DNA from: Savitreella phatthalungensis
Taxonomy: Eukaryota
Length of the DNA: 64,000 nucleotides
NCBI GenBank assembly: GCA_051599415.1
Contig: AP039715.1
Location: 372,001 to 436,000 of the forward strand
Reading direction: 5' to 3'
Position numbers and translations under genes: made by a program. Each line of letters starts with the position of its first letter. Positions within the stretch are counted from its first letter, which is position 1. The notes below the pieces were generated by a model that did not search any database, had not been told where the DNA came from, and worked only from the letters and a program-made list of their open reading frames with translations. Shown in pieces: positions 51,547-61,467 of this stretch.

Positions 51547-53387
51547 ATAAGGATGCGGGTCCCAGAGGAGCTCTGCCGTCATCGTTGTCAATTCTCTCTT
51601 GCCATTATTGGAGCAGACTGGGCAGAGCCTCTTGATCAGGCATATCAAGAACACGATGGCCGATGTCATTCTTGCGTGTTCCCGATTGATGATTTGCGAT
51701 AACAGTAGATTGCAGGTACTGCATGCTAGTGATGTACAAGACAACAATTTTCATCGTGATTCATCATTGCGCGTGGAGTGCATTGCATCATTGGCGGCCA
51801 CGGCCGCATTTCCGGACTCAAATGCTTGAGCGCGCAGAATTATTTAGCTTACGTATGGTCGCACAATTGGCGGTTTGAAATCGTCGCGAATACTGCTACC
51901 CTTGACGAGGATTTTCACTGAACCATTCTGTTGTCAGTATAGCCGATCAATACGATCAGCTTTACATGAACACTGTCAGCGCGGTTGCTGACTCGGAACA
52001 TTGCTCAGTCGCGTCAATGCCATTGATTGTGATTAAGACTGATAGCGCGACAAAAAACATGCTCTCGCTTCCTTTGCGAGGCAAACGTAAGCATAAGGAT
52101 CCTGTCAATAACCATGTTGAAACAGTTCTGCAAGAGCGTCGTACTCATCAGGGGCCCGCTACACGTAATTATGGCCTGGTCGATAAGGCGACGATTGACG
52201 AAGAGGTCAAGCAATGCTGGAAAGGGATTATTCTTGCGAAGTGCATGAGATGCACGAAGTCGAAGCCACCGATCACCTCATCTGTCGATATTGCGAGACT
52301 TGATCGCACAACAAAAATCACAGCCGTCACGCAGCTTGCGACGCGATTTCGACCGGCTCTTCAAATCGTAAGATAGCTCTTGAGCTCAAGCAAGAACAAT
52401 ACTCACTCAACAGACTTTCCAAAACTCTGCTATGGTGAGATGTCGTGCGGATCAGCTGCAAGCGAAATACGCTGGGATCTCAAAGGATTGCCAATCCTTG
52501 TGCCGCGATCGTTGCTCTCCGATTGAAGCAGATGAGAGCCACTAGATTTGTCTTGAAGGTCGCGAAGACGTTCTCGATTCGTAGAAATATCCATTCGACA
52601 GAATTTCGCCTTGCGACAGGATTTGGAGACGTGGCAATTTTGGATACAGCAAATTCGGGGTGCAAGTCACGCATAATGTGCATGGAAATCAGGTAGAAAA
52701 CGTTTCAGGAGGCACCCATCCGTAGAGCAGAGCTATATTTCCCATCGAGCTGACCAAGTCTCCAGTGCTGATAAAGAAGCCCTACTGCAGCGACTGGATC
52801 CTGGCTGCTGTTAGAAACCCTAACGCAGAGCGAATGCCAGGAACTGCAAGAATCCCGGCGTCTACATTCAGTAACGACATTCTCCGCAATCTTCCCCCGA
52901 TACTCTCCCGTTTTCGTTCACCAGTGGGTCGCATGCACAGTAACGGATTGGGTGACAACGAAGTCTACTAGTCGTTGCTCGTTATCGACTGTCAAGCCCT
53001 CCATTCGTTCGAGTACAGTCATACTGAGAGTCAGCGTGTTGCCATCCGCGCCATCAGCATACGCTGAACCATCTTGACGAAGGACAAGATCTCTGGCTGT
53101 CCTCATGCGTTCGCCATTACGTGCGAATAGATATTGTCTTTCTTTAGCTTGCAGCACCAACTATTCGAGGTCACTTCTGGAATTGTGGAGCCGGTGAGCT
53201 TGCAAGACCTGGAAATCTGGGAGACCTGCAGACCTGGAGATCTCTGACCTCCAGCTGCTAACCTGGAGGACAATGGAGGCCTCGACCTCGTGGAAATCGC
53301 TAGATCGTTGGAGACTGGAGAAGGAATTGGACACCGAAGATGTGATACGTTCTCAAGAGTCTCAGCGAATCATACTCTCGGCGAGCC

Positions 53388-54653
53388 ATGTCCTTCAAGC
53401 GCCGTCTGCCTGAAGCGCAACCTCGCGCAGCTCGCTTCGCTCCGCATTTGTCGTCTGAAGCATACTTGCCAGATGGCTCGTCAAGTCGCGCCGCAACTTC
53501 CATCAGCGGCATCAAGCGACGACCTAGGGGCGTGAGGGCTTCCCCGTTAGACGGCTGTACGGTGACGTCGACGGGCTGTGCCTCGCTCGATGCTATCATT
53601 AGCGGCCATACTGGCCTTCCATTGGGAGCAAGTTTCTTGATTTGTGAAACAGGTACGACAGACTTTGCGTCCATCCTTCTACGCTACTTCATTTCTGAAG
53701 GCGTCGAGCAAGGACACGATATCTGGGTTGGCGGCGGGAATGCTAAGCAATGGTTCGAGAATTTACCAGCGATTGCGGAGCCAAGGCGCCGTGTGGATAC
53801 GAGTACCGAGAATAGCAGCGCTCGAGCTGCAGCGCAGGCCAGCAACGGGGAGCGTATGAAGATTGCGTGGCGCTACAATCATCTCGGCGAGTTTGGTTCC
53901 GGCCTGCGAGATGGACGTCAAAGTGGCACGGAACACGAGAATGACAACGCAGGAAAGGATAGCGATCCAATTTTTTGTCATGACTACGATCTAACCAAGC
54001 GTCGGAACCGTTCCAGCCTCGACCCTGCATTATTGCACGATTCTCCCGCTCCGGCATCGACTGGAGATCCGTTCACACCAATATTAGCGTCGCTTGTCCA
54101 AATGCTGGATGAGACCGCCAAGGAAAGACCGAAAAATGTGCTGCGCTGTGTCCTGCCTGGCTTACTGTCACCCACGAGTTATCCAACGAACGCCGCCCTG
54201 CCGAGGTACTACATTCACTTCATGAGCACCTTGCGCGCTCTTCTGAAAAAGAACAGAGCACGTATGGTGCTCCTTTGCTCATTATCTGTCGATCTTTATC
54301 CACGGACCACGCCATCCACCCGATGGTCAGAGATACTGCTCGATGGGTCTTTCACACTCCGTCCTTTTGCGACCTCAGCCACAGGCGCTGTCAATGAGTT
54401 AGCGACTACGGCGGAGCCTACGGGCAATACACCTCAAGGTCTTTTACTGATCCACAAGATGCCAGGCTTCGAATCTTCGCAAGCAGTGGTGCATAATGAT
54501 CTCAGCTTTAGAGCGACGCGGAAGAACTTTGTGATCGAAGCATGGACTTTGGGCGTTCTGGACGAGGAACAGCCTCGCGAGGGCGGTCACCAGACGATAA
54601 TCGAAGATGGTATGCAAGAAGCTCGCCGGACCAAAATCGACGTTTCCTTCTAG
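53388..54653 (+). CDS. ELP4: Elongator complex subunit 4
   Basis: 'GVRASPLDG..VTSTGCASLD..GHTGLPLG', 'ETGTTDFASILLRYF', 'MKIAWRY', 'FCHDYDLTKR', 'DLSFRATRKNFVIE'. Confidence 0.95.
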   Translation: MSFKRRLPEAQPRAARFAPHLSSEAYLPDGSSSRAATSISGIKRRPRGVRASPLDGCTVTSTGCASLDAIISGHTGLPLGASFLICETGTTDFASILLRYFISEGVEQGHDIWVGGGNAKQWFENLPAIAEPRRRVDTSTENSSARAAAQASNGERMKIAWRYNHLGEFGSGLRDGRQSGTEHENDNAGKDSDPIFCHDYDLTKRRNRSSLDPALLHDSPAPASTGDPFTPILASLVQMLDETAKERPKNVLRCVLPGLLSPTSYPTNAALPRYYIHFMSTLRALLKKNRARMVLLCSLSVDLYPRTTPSTRWSEILLDGSFTLRPFATSATGAVNELATTAEPTGNTPQGLLLIHKMPGFESSQAVVHNDLSFRATRKNFVIEAWTLGVLDEEQPREGGHQTIIEDGMQEARRTKIDVSF

Positions 54654-54875
54654 GACCATCTCTGACGGCTAGCCTATGTAGTTGAGAATGCTGTGTGGTT
54701 CGCTTTTCTGGAAGCTTCAGCGGACGCCTGCCCGATCGATATCAGCGGAAATAAAGTGCTCGAGCATGATCATGTATAGATTTGTAGTACCGATTCGAAA
54801 ATCTACAGCTCGCTCTTTTGCTGGAAACTCACCGGAGAGTCCTCGACGTCGTCAGCTCAGCACAAGTCTTGCAGA

Positions 54876-55454
54876 ATGGTCAAGCTTGCTCTTTACATGA
54901 AAGCATCGCTCGAGGGTCTGGAGAGTGTCCGGCCGACGGTAGAGGGTGACGAGTATCTATGGTCCTTCACCGTCTCATGCTCGTCATGCCGTTCGATGCA
55001 CGCCAACCCGGTGACCTTTTCGAAAGCTCAACAACGACCGCTCACAGGATCCCGTGGGGACGCGCATCTGGTCTGGAAATGCAGGGAATGTGGGCGCGAG
55101 TCCTCAGCCAATGTGCTTGACGAGGCGTGGCCTCCACACGCTTACGAGTCAAATTTATCTGCAGAAGAACTTGAAGAAGCGGACGACAGCCCGAAGAGTG
55201 GCAAGGGCAGCACAATCGGTAATGGCATGAGACAGCCGATCGGCCTCTTCGAAACGCGCGGCTGCGAGCTCGTCGAGTTCATTATAGACAAGTCGGGCCC
55301 ATGGGAGGCTCTAGGGATCAAGAAGAGGGGAAAACAACAGACAAGCTTTCATGACATCGACTTGAGCGAGCACGAATGGTATGACTATGATGACGCACGC
55401 GCGTGCGAAGTCAGCATCACGGAACTCGCCTTTGAAATTGGGCGAGCTAAATGA
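54876..55454 (+). CDS. DUF866/CZIB-family CXXC zinc-binding protein
   Basis: 'LALYMKASLEG', 'FTVSCSSCR', 'GSRGDAHLVWKCREC', 'FETRGCELVEF', 'IDLSEHEWYDYD...EVSI'. Confidence 0.93.
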   Translation: MVKLALYMKASLEGLESVRPTVEGDEYLWSFTVSCSSCRSMHANPVTFSKAQQRPLTGSRGDAHLVWKCRECGRESSANVLDEAWPPHAYESNLSAEELEEADDSPKSGKGSTIGNGMRQPIGLFETRGCELVEFIIDKSGPWEALGIKKRGKQQTSFHDIDLSEHEWYDYDDARACEVSITELAFEIGRAK

Positions 55455-55568
55455 TCACTTCGGAGGTCAGCGAGTCGCCGGTGTACCATATATTCTGATC
55501 ATGATTAATCGTATAATTGCTAAGATTGTCGCTATAGAGCGCAAAGTGTAGGCAGTCCTCGCAGCAAA

Positions 55569-56591
55569 TCAGGTTGGCGTGCCGGGACGTTTGATGATAG
55601 TCAGAAGGCCAGGCACTCTCTGACGCTTACTGAGGCCAGCCGAGTGTCGCGACTGTCGGCCCAGGCTCGTTACATTTGGCAGAATAATCGGAGATGCTGA
55701 TGTGGCAAAGTTGCGCGTCTCGCCAGAGGCATGACTGTGAGGTAAAGCGTCGAAAGCAGTGACAGGCTCATGAGTGCTTGGGCACGATGCCGCAGCGACT
55801 GAACGTGTAACGCAGATTTGAGCTGTCCCAACATCCATTGATGAGCTCATCGAGCTTCGGCCATATGTAGCAGGATCCGGAGCAGAAACCGACAGTCGAG
55901 GATCTTGTTGCATCGAAGCTACAGCGGACTTTTTCTGGCGCTCTGAGCGCAGATCGCGTCCCTCAGAAGAACAGATAGGATTAGCCGCGACACTCAATGC
56001 GCTCTGCGACTTGTTTTCATGCTCTTTGCACTCGGAGCTGATCGGGGAGCACTGGCGTGCGCTGCATGACTTTGTGAGGAAATCGACCTCGTCTTTCACC
56101 TGCTTCTGCGCTGCTGAACTGTTCGTCGCTACTGACTTTGACGTTGACTTTTCCTGAAGTGCCACACCCTTGCGAGCCGCAGCTTTCTTGACTGAGCTCG
56201 TCGGGACGCCAGCTGAAGACTGAAGCCCGGGACTAATGCGATCAATCGGAAACCGGCTGCCAAAGGGCAGCTCTGCACTGTTTGCTGGATCGATAGCGCT
56301 ATCAGCGGCAGTTTCTGGTTCCTGACCGTCAGATGAGCCTGAGGCGCCGCAATTGACAGTCAGACCTGTCTCAGAAGGATTGATCCCCGTGTCTAGCGGC
56401 TGAAAGGAATCCATAGACTGAAACAGTCGGCGACGGGATTGAGCTATCGGTGCAGACTCGATATCGTACTCATCACTATTGTGAGAAAAGCTACAAATTT
56501 CATGCTTGCTGGCAGAGTCTGCACCAGGGCCACATAGCTCCTGCTGAGCGTACTCGTCGTCGCTATCGGGAACAGCGCGCTTGCGCGGCAT
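55569..56591 (-). CDS. Largely disordered hypothetical protein with a conserved-looking basic C-terminal motif
   Basis: ~340-aa ORF from the ATG at 56591 ('MPRKRAVPDSDDE'); Ser/Ala-rich; ends 'RHSAGLSKRQRVPGLLTIIKRPGTPT'. Confidence 0.7.
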   Translation of the reverse strand: MPRKRAVPDSDDEYAQQELCGPGADSASKHEICSFSHNSDEYDIESAPIAQSRRRLFQSMDSFQPLDTGINPSETGLTVNCGASGSSDGQEPETAADSAIDPANSAELPFGSRFPIDRISPGLQSSAGVPTSSVKKAAARKGVALQEKSTSKSVATNSSAAQKQVKDEVDFLTKSCSARQCSPISSECKEHENKSQSALSVAANPICSSEGRDLRSERQKKSAVASMQQDPRLSVSAPDPATYGRSSMSSSMDVGTAQICVTRSVAAASCPSTHEPVTAFDALPHSHASGETRNFATSASPIILPNVTSLGRQSRHSAGLSKRQRVPGLLTIIKRPGTPT

Positions 56592-56992
56592 CGTTGCCAA
56601 TGCTTTTACGCTCGTTTACATCCGATTCGCTCAGAGTCCCGTTGCTGCTGCTCAAGTGAGACGCGTGAGACTAGCTTGTCCGCGCATCCCCCGCGAAAGT
56701 GTGCTAGAGAACGAAACGGACATACCATGGAGAGTCATAAGAGCAGTATTCGATGGGCCAGTCAGATGCAGTAAATGCAGTTAAGTCGAAATGAGTTCCT
56801 GATACAGTACTTGAAATGCTATGTCGATGAAACTATTGTGTTTAGACGCAGGCGTGTTCGACATCCTCTAGACCCGATTTCACCCCGGAATGCAGCCGAA
56901 TCGAGTCGTCAAAAGTGCAGCCAATCCTAGTGGCGAGTAGATCAATGATCTGTCTGTCTATGGGAGGACTCGATCACCATAAATCACAGCTG

Positions 56993-58897
56993 TCAGTCTA
57001 TGACGACTGCTGCCCCATCCTGTTCCTCTACAATAAGGAGTTCTTGCGATGCCGTAACGTCTTCCGATCCTGTCTTAGCACGCTTGGTCGATTCGACACT
57101 GGCCATATCTTCCTCAGGCCTTCTTCGTTTACCGGCGATCGGGGTAAGATTTAGCATTTTGGACTCTGCCACAGCGTCGTCGCGCGACGAGGCACAGCGG
57201 ATTTCCGGAGAGCGAGTCCCCCGAGCAATATCTGCACGCGCAATATCTGCAGGATAGAAATTCGTCTCTGCTCCTTCTGGTAATGCTTCAATAAGCAAGA
57301 CGAGGTTGATTCTGCTGTTTCCGGACTCGTCTTCCTCATCGTCCAGGCAAGTGATCAGCGATCCATTTCGAATGCCCAGTTCCTCTAACGTCATCTCCAC
57401 ATTATCATCGAAATCCGGATCATATATGAGACTCGAAGTCAAGACCGAAAGCTCCTCACCATATCCTAGTTGAGCTCGCAAAATATCGTCAATCAGGTTG
57501 GATAGACGAACGCGCTTTGGATCACAACGCCAGACAGCTCTAGCGACGCCGCAGACCTCGCAGCCTGCTCTTGGCATCGCGCTCAATTCGTTGTTGAAAA
57601 TCCGCTCCGGCCTGCGCGAAAGAAACACGGTTTTCGTTTTGCGAGCACCAGAGCGCATGAGCTGCAAAGCCTGTAGCACGCAGACCGCAGCGACGATGGC
57701 ATTGGTAGTCGCAATAGCTGCGATGATATTGCCTGCCATCTGCTTGACCTGGAATTTTGTCTTTTGTTCAATATCGAAGATCCCGGCGCGTAGATTAGCG
57801 GTCGCAGCGACAAAATCGAGTGCATCATTGTCGTCTTTGTCGAAGTCAAGCGCCGCCAGCACATCGTTAGCCTTACAGTCTTGCTGTTTATCGAGTAAGC
57901 GCCTGCTCAGCCTGTTTAGAGAGTCTTCAAAGACGCGGAAGTTTTCTTGCAGACTCCACAGCCTTTGATCATCTAGCCATACGAAGCCGGATGAAGCGGG
58001 TTCCTCGTCGCACAGAGACTTCATGACTTCATACGAGAGCGACTTCGGGCGCGGCCGGTGTTTCCACATGTCTTCAATTGCACGAAGGCGATCAATATCC
58101 TCCCGGAAGACTTTGTCGAAAACTAGTCGAGGAAAGTCGAGGGTGCCCATAGAGTCTCGTATCAATTTCAGAGCGGAAGCTTCGCGGCGAAGATTGTCGA
58201 GCTCGACTGCGTTGTCTGCATCGGAGGACGCATCAAGCACAGGTTCGTCCTCATCAATGCCGAAAACCTGACTGAAGAGGTATGATTTCGCCCAGACGAT
58301 ACAGTGGATCGGTTGGGATGGCGTACTGCGAATCGTGCAGATCGGGAAAGACTTCGGAACCTCTTTAGGGTTGCAGTCGTAGCATTCCGTCTGACCGCTG
58401 ACGATGACTTGCACCTGACCCCGATAACCAGTCGTGCCGGACTCGATCAACGGCACGTCTGCCATCAGGCACATTCGATTGACATGTCTCCTAGCATCGA
58501 CGTTGTCGAGAGCATTGAATACCAGATCAAAGCCTCTGAACCACTGTACGCCGAATTCAGGATCTTTGATATCAGCATGGTATGCTATGAGCCTCACATT
58601 CGGATTGAACTCGCCGGCAGCGTCTCTCGCGGTCAGGGCTTTCGACTTCTTGATGTGCTGTTTGCGGAACAGAAACTGCCGATTGAGATTTGAAAGATCG
58701 ATGGTGTCGAGGTCGAGCATGTGCACTTCGGAGAAGCCGCTGAGGACCAGATTCTTGAGCAGTTCACATCCTATGCCCCCTGCACCGACCAAAAGCACTT
58801 TTGACGAAGCTATCCTGGACGTTATATGACCCGGTAAGCAGCGCTTCAATGAGCGCAGACGAGCCGCCTGCACCTGGGCAATCTCTTCGCTCGACAT
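56993..58897 (-). CDS. UBA2: SUMO-activating enzyme E1 subunit 2
   Basis: 'VLLVGAGGIGCELLKNL', 'DTIDLSNLNRQFLF', 'ARRHVNRMC', Zn 'CYDC', catalytic 'FPICTIRSTPSQPIHCIVWAK', 'AGNIIAAIATTNA', UFD, C-terminal SIM-like 'AVVID'. First ATG at 58897. Confidence 0.97.
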   Translation of the reverse strand: MSSEEIAQVQAARLRSLKRCLPGHITSRIASSKVLLVGAGGIGCELLKNLVLSGFSEVHMLDLDTIDLSNLNRQFLFRKQHIKKSKALTARDAAGEFNPNVRLIAYHADIKDPEFGVQWFRGFDLVFNALDNVDARRHVNRMCLMADVPLIESGTTGYRGQVQVIVSGQTECYDCNPKEVPKSFPICTIRSTPSQPIHCIVWAKSYLFSQVFGIDEDEPVLDASSDADNAVELDNLRREASALKLIRDSMGTLDFPRLVFDKVFREDIDRLRAIEDMWKHRPRPKSLSYEVMKSLCDEEPASSGFVWLDDQRLWSLQENFRVFEDSLNRLSRRLLDKQQDCKANDVLAALDFDKDDNDALDFVAATANLRAGIFDIEQKTKFQVKQMAGNIIAAIATTNAIVAAVCVLQALQLMRSGARKTKTVFLSRRPERIFNNELSAMPRAGCEVCGVARAVWRCDPKRVRLSNLIDDILRAQLGYGEELSVLTSSLIYDPDFDDNVEMTLEELGIRNGSLITCLDDEEDESGNSRINLVLLIEALPEGAETNFYPADIARADIARGTRSPEIRCASSRDDAVAESKMLNLTPIAGKRRRPEEDMASVESTKRAKTGSEDVTASQELLIVEEQDGAAVVID

Positions 58898-59180
58898 TGG
58901 GAAAGAAAGGCAGCGCACCAATTCTCAGCACAGAGCATCAATTCAACCGCTCAACAACAGCTGACCGGATCATAGCTCTGCCAGAGCTTGCAGACGGATT
59001 GCGGAGATTTCCAGCCCAATCAAGCACGAACGTCGGACTTCTCTCTAGGTCCCTATCAATCTTGGGTATCTAAACCCAAATCGCCAGTGCAGTAGCGAAA
59101 TCATTCAAACGTTTAACAGGCTGCAGGGATTATCATGAAAATTATAGACGCGTAGACAAAGCGGGCGGCCTCATCCACAA

Positions 59181-59447
59181 ATGTCCCTTGGCGGCCCACG
59201 ACAATCAAAGAACCCGACGGCTCCTCCAGAGCGAGGCTCATTCCCATTAGACCATGCTGGGGACTGTAGAGATGCAGCCCAGGAGTACCTAGCCTGTGTC
59301 AAACAGCATCGCGGTCAAAATAATAGCTGTCGAGCTTTGGCCAAGCGTTTCCTGCAATGTCGCATGGATCACGGCTTGATGATGAAGGACAGCTTCCACA
59401 ATCTCGGCTTCTGCGGTGACCAGGCCTCGGATGCTGGTGGATCCTGA
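59181..59447 (+). CDS. COX19: Cytochrome c oxidase assembly factor, twin CX9C
   Basis: 'PPERGSFPLDHAGDC-x9-C...C-x9-CRMDHGLM..D.F.NLGF'. Confidence 0.96.
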   Translation: MSLGGPRQSKNPTAPPERGSFPLDHAGDCRDAAQEYLACVKQHRGQNNSCRALAKRFLQCRMDHGLMMKDSFHNLGFCGDQASDAGGS

Positions 59448-59646
59448 CATTCCCTGCCTTTACGAACGAGATTCTACATCAACTTTGCATCAACAACCTA
59501 TATCTTAATGCTGAAGCTCAAAGGAGCCCTGGTCAGCGGCAAGGTGGACGTGATCTGGTCGGGCTTATTACCTTGAGGCTCATAATTCTCAGTGTGCCAG
59601 GCAAGTCTGCTCTCGGGCTCGGCAAACACAATCGTGGTGTCCTCGA

Positions 59647-61467
59647 TTACCCCTCGTCAGCCGCTTGATCCTCATCCACAGTCGTCGTTTTCTTGGCGGA
59701 TCGCCTTCGCTTAGGCGTTTTGATCTCATCGCCCTCCTCGTGGTGCAAAGTTTCCTTTTTCACCCTCGGGCGAGTTGTCTTCAACCTAGCTTCCTGACCT
59801 TCAGGCCAATATGCCTCATCGCCTTTTGCGCCTGGACCATCACCGATGACCTCCGGCGGGACCGGCGGATTATCAAGGTCATATCGTTTGGAGAGCTCGA
59901 AGACGGCTTGTTCCTTGTCCTTGGCTTCAAGCATGAGGTCCATGTCTGGTCGACACGGCGGCAAATGGTATATTCGCTGTGAATGAGATCGGCGCTGCGA
60001 TCCCAACGGGTGATTGGGAAATCGCGCTTCGCTCATATGCATCTTCTGGCGGATATTCTTACGCGTCCAAGTCTCGGCAATGGCGGGCAGCAAAGGCATT
60101 ATGTCGAGAGTACCTTCACGGAATTGCTCCTCATCCCGAATGATGTTGTGGTGATGCCAGTCCAGCACCAAGGGAATGTTCAACTCCTGGCATACCGGGA
60201 GTAAGTCGGTCACAGACCAACACATGTCGTCGTTCTCGAGCACAATGCGGCGTTTGATAGCCTCACTTAGCTTAGCATAGTTCGTTTTGAACCGTTCAAT
60301 GGTTGCTATTTTGTCTCCGAACGCCCCTCCGAGGTGGAGGACCATGACCGCATCGCGATCGCGCTGCTCGTCGAGTCTGAGTCGTGTCAATAGCTCATTG
60401 TGATACTCTAAATCGCGGACCGCGTTCTCGATCACTTTCTCATTTGGCGAGGCGAGCTGAGTGAACTGGCCCGGATGGGTGGTGACACGATGATTGTACT
60501 TGTTGCATAGAGCGCCCGCATGACGAAGCTCACTGTCTGCATGCTCCAAATCGTAGAGATAATCTTCGTGTGACGCAAAGGGGAACATCTCTGATGACAA
60601 GCGGAAGAATCTGATGCCGTGTCGTTCGTTCCACTCTATAATTTTCGATAAATCTGCCGCGTTCTGCCTTCCGAGCTCCAGGACGAATGGCATACCATGA
60701 TCAGGCTTTTCAATAGTCGCAATCCGTGTTGTGCGAGAACAGAATATGGGCTCTTTGCGGCTTCGTAGTATTGTATTGAGACATGCATATCCAAGGCGAC
60801 CAATGAAAGGGACCGGGATGTCATCTGAATCGAAGGTCGGTGGGCGAGGTGGAAAAGCTTCATAACGCTCCGCCGCTAGAGCTTGCTTTGCACGCAACTT
60901 GTCGGCCTTTGTCGGCGTCTTGGCTTCTACAATCCCATCATCCTGTGGGGTTGTGGCAACGGACGTATGCAGCGGAGCAGCCATTGTCGGTGCGGTTTGT
61001 GCACTGGTTGACCGACCGTTTTTGACGGGTGTGGACAAAGGCACGCTCGACCTGACCCGCCGTCTTCGTTTCGAAGGCACTTGTCTCCGAGCTCCCGTAC
61101 CTGCTGCAGCGCGCATCAGTGAATCGTCCGTCATATAGCTGTCATCGAGAGCGTCGACAGATGGTCGACTGCTGTCCTGACTGGCGATGGAGGCCTGGTC
61201 TGGCGAGGCTTCGCGATCAGCGGGACTGATGAATACCTCTCGGTCATGAATAAGGTCGTCTTGATCATAACTTCTTATTCTTTTTGTGATCGCCCGGCTC
61301 GATCGCCGTGGGACTGCATTGGTCTTCTCCAGCATGTCAGATGGCACGGCGTCGAACGATCGACCTTTTGCAGCCCCTGCCATGGAGTTCTGTCGCCTAC
61401 TTGGCATAGCACAGCGACGAGCAGCAGTCAGAATCGCGACTATGTTCGAGAGTTGACGCGTGAGCAT
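59647..61467 (-). CDS. UVE1: UV-damage endonuclease (UVDE/Uve1/Mus-18)
   Basis: 'GRLGYACLNTILR', 'FCSRTTRI', 'IRFFRLSSEMFPFASH', 'HPGQFTQLASP', 'HLGG', 'IVLENDD', 'LDWHHH', 'QKMHMSE', 'LMLEAKDKEQAV'. In-frame ATGs at 61467, 61407 and 61383. Confidence 0.97.
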   Translation of the reverse strand: MLTRQLSNIVAILTAARRCAMPSRRQNSMAGAAKGRSFDAVPSDMLEKTNAVPRRSSRAITKRIRSYDQDDLIHDREVFISPADREASPDQASIASQDSSRPSVDALDDSYMTDDSLMRAAAGTGARRQVPSKRRRRVRSSVPLSTPVKNGRSTSAQTAPTMAAPLHTSVATTPQDDGIVEAKTPTKADKLRAKQALAAERYEAFPPRPPTFDSDDIPVPFIGRLGYACLNTILRSRKEPIFCSRTTRIATIEKPDHGMPFVLELGRQNAADLSKIIEWNERHGIRFFRLSSEMFPFASHEDYLYDLEHADSELRHAGALCNKYNHRVTTHPGQFTQLASPNEKVIENAVRDLEYHNELLTRLRLDEQRDRDAVMVLHLGGAFGDKIATIERFKTNYAKLSEAIKRRIVLENDDMCWSVTDLLPVCQELNIPLVLDWHHHNIIRDEEQFREGTLDIMPLLPAIAETWTRKNIRQKMHMSEARFPNHPLGSQRRSHSQRIYHLPPCRPDMDLMLEAKDKEQAVFELSKRYDLDNPPVPPEVIGDGPGAKGDEAYWPEGQEARLKTTRPRVKKETLHHEEGDEIKTPKRRRSAKKTTTVDEDQAADEG

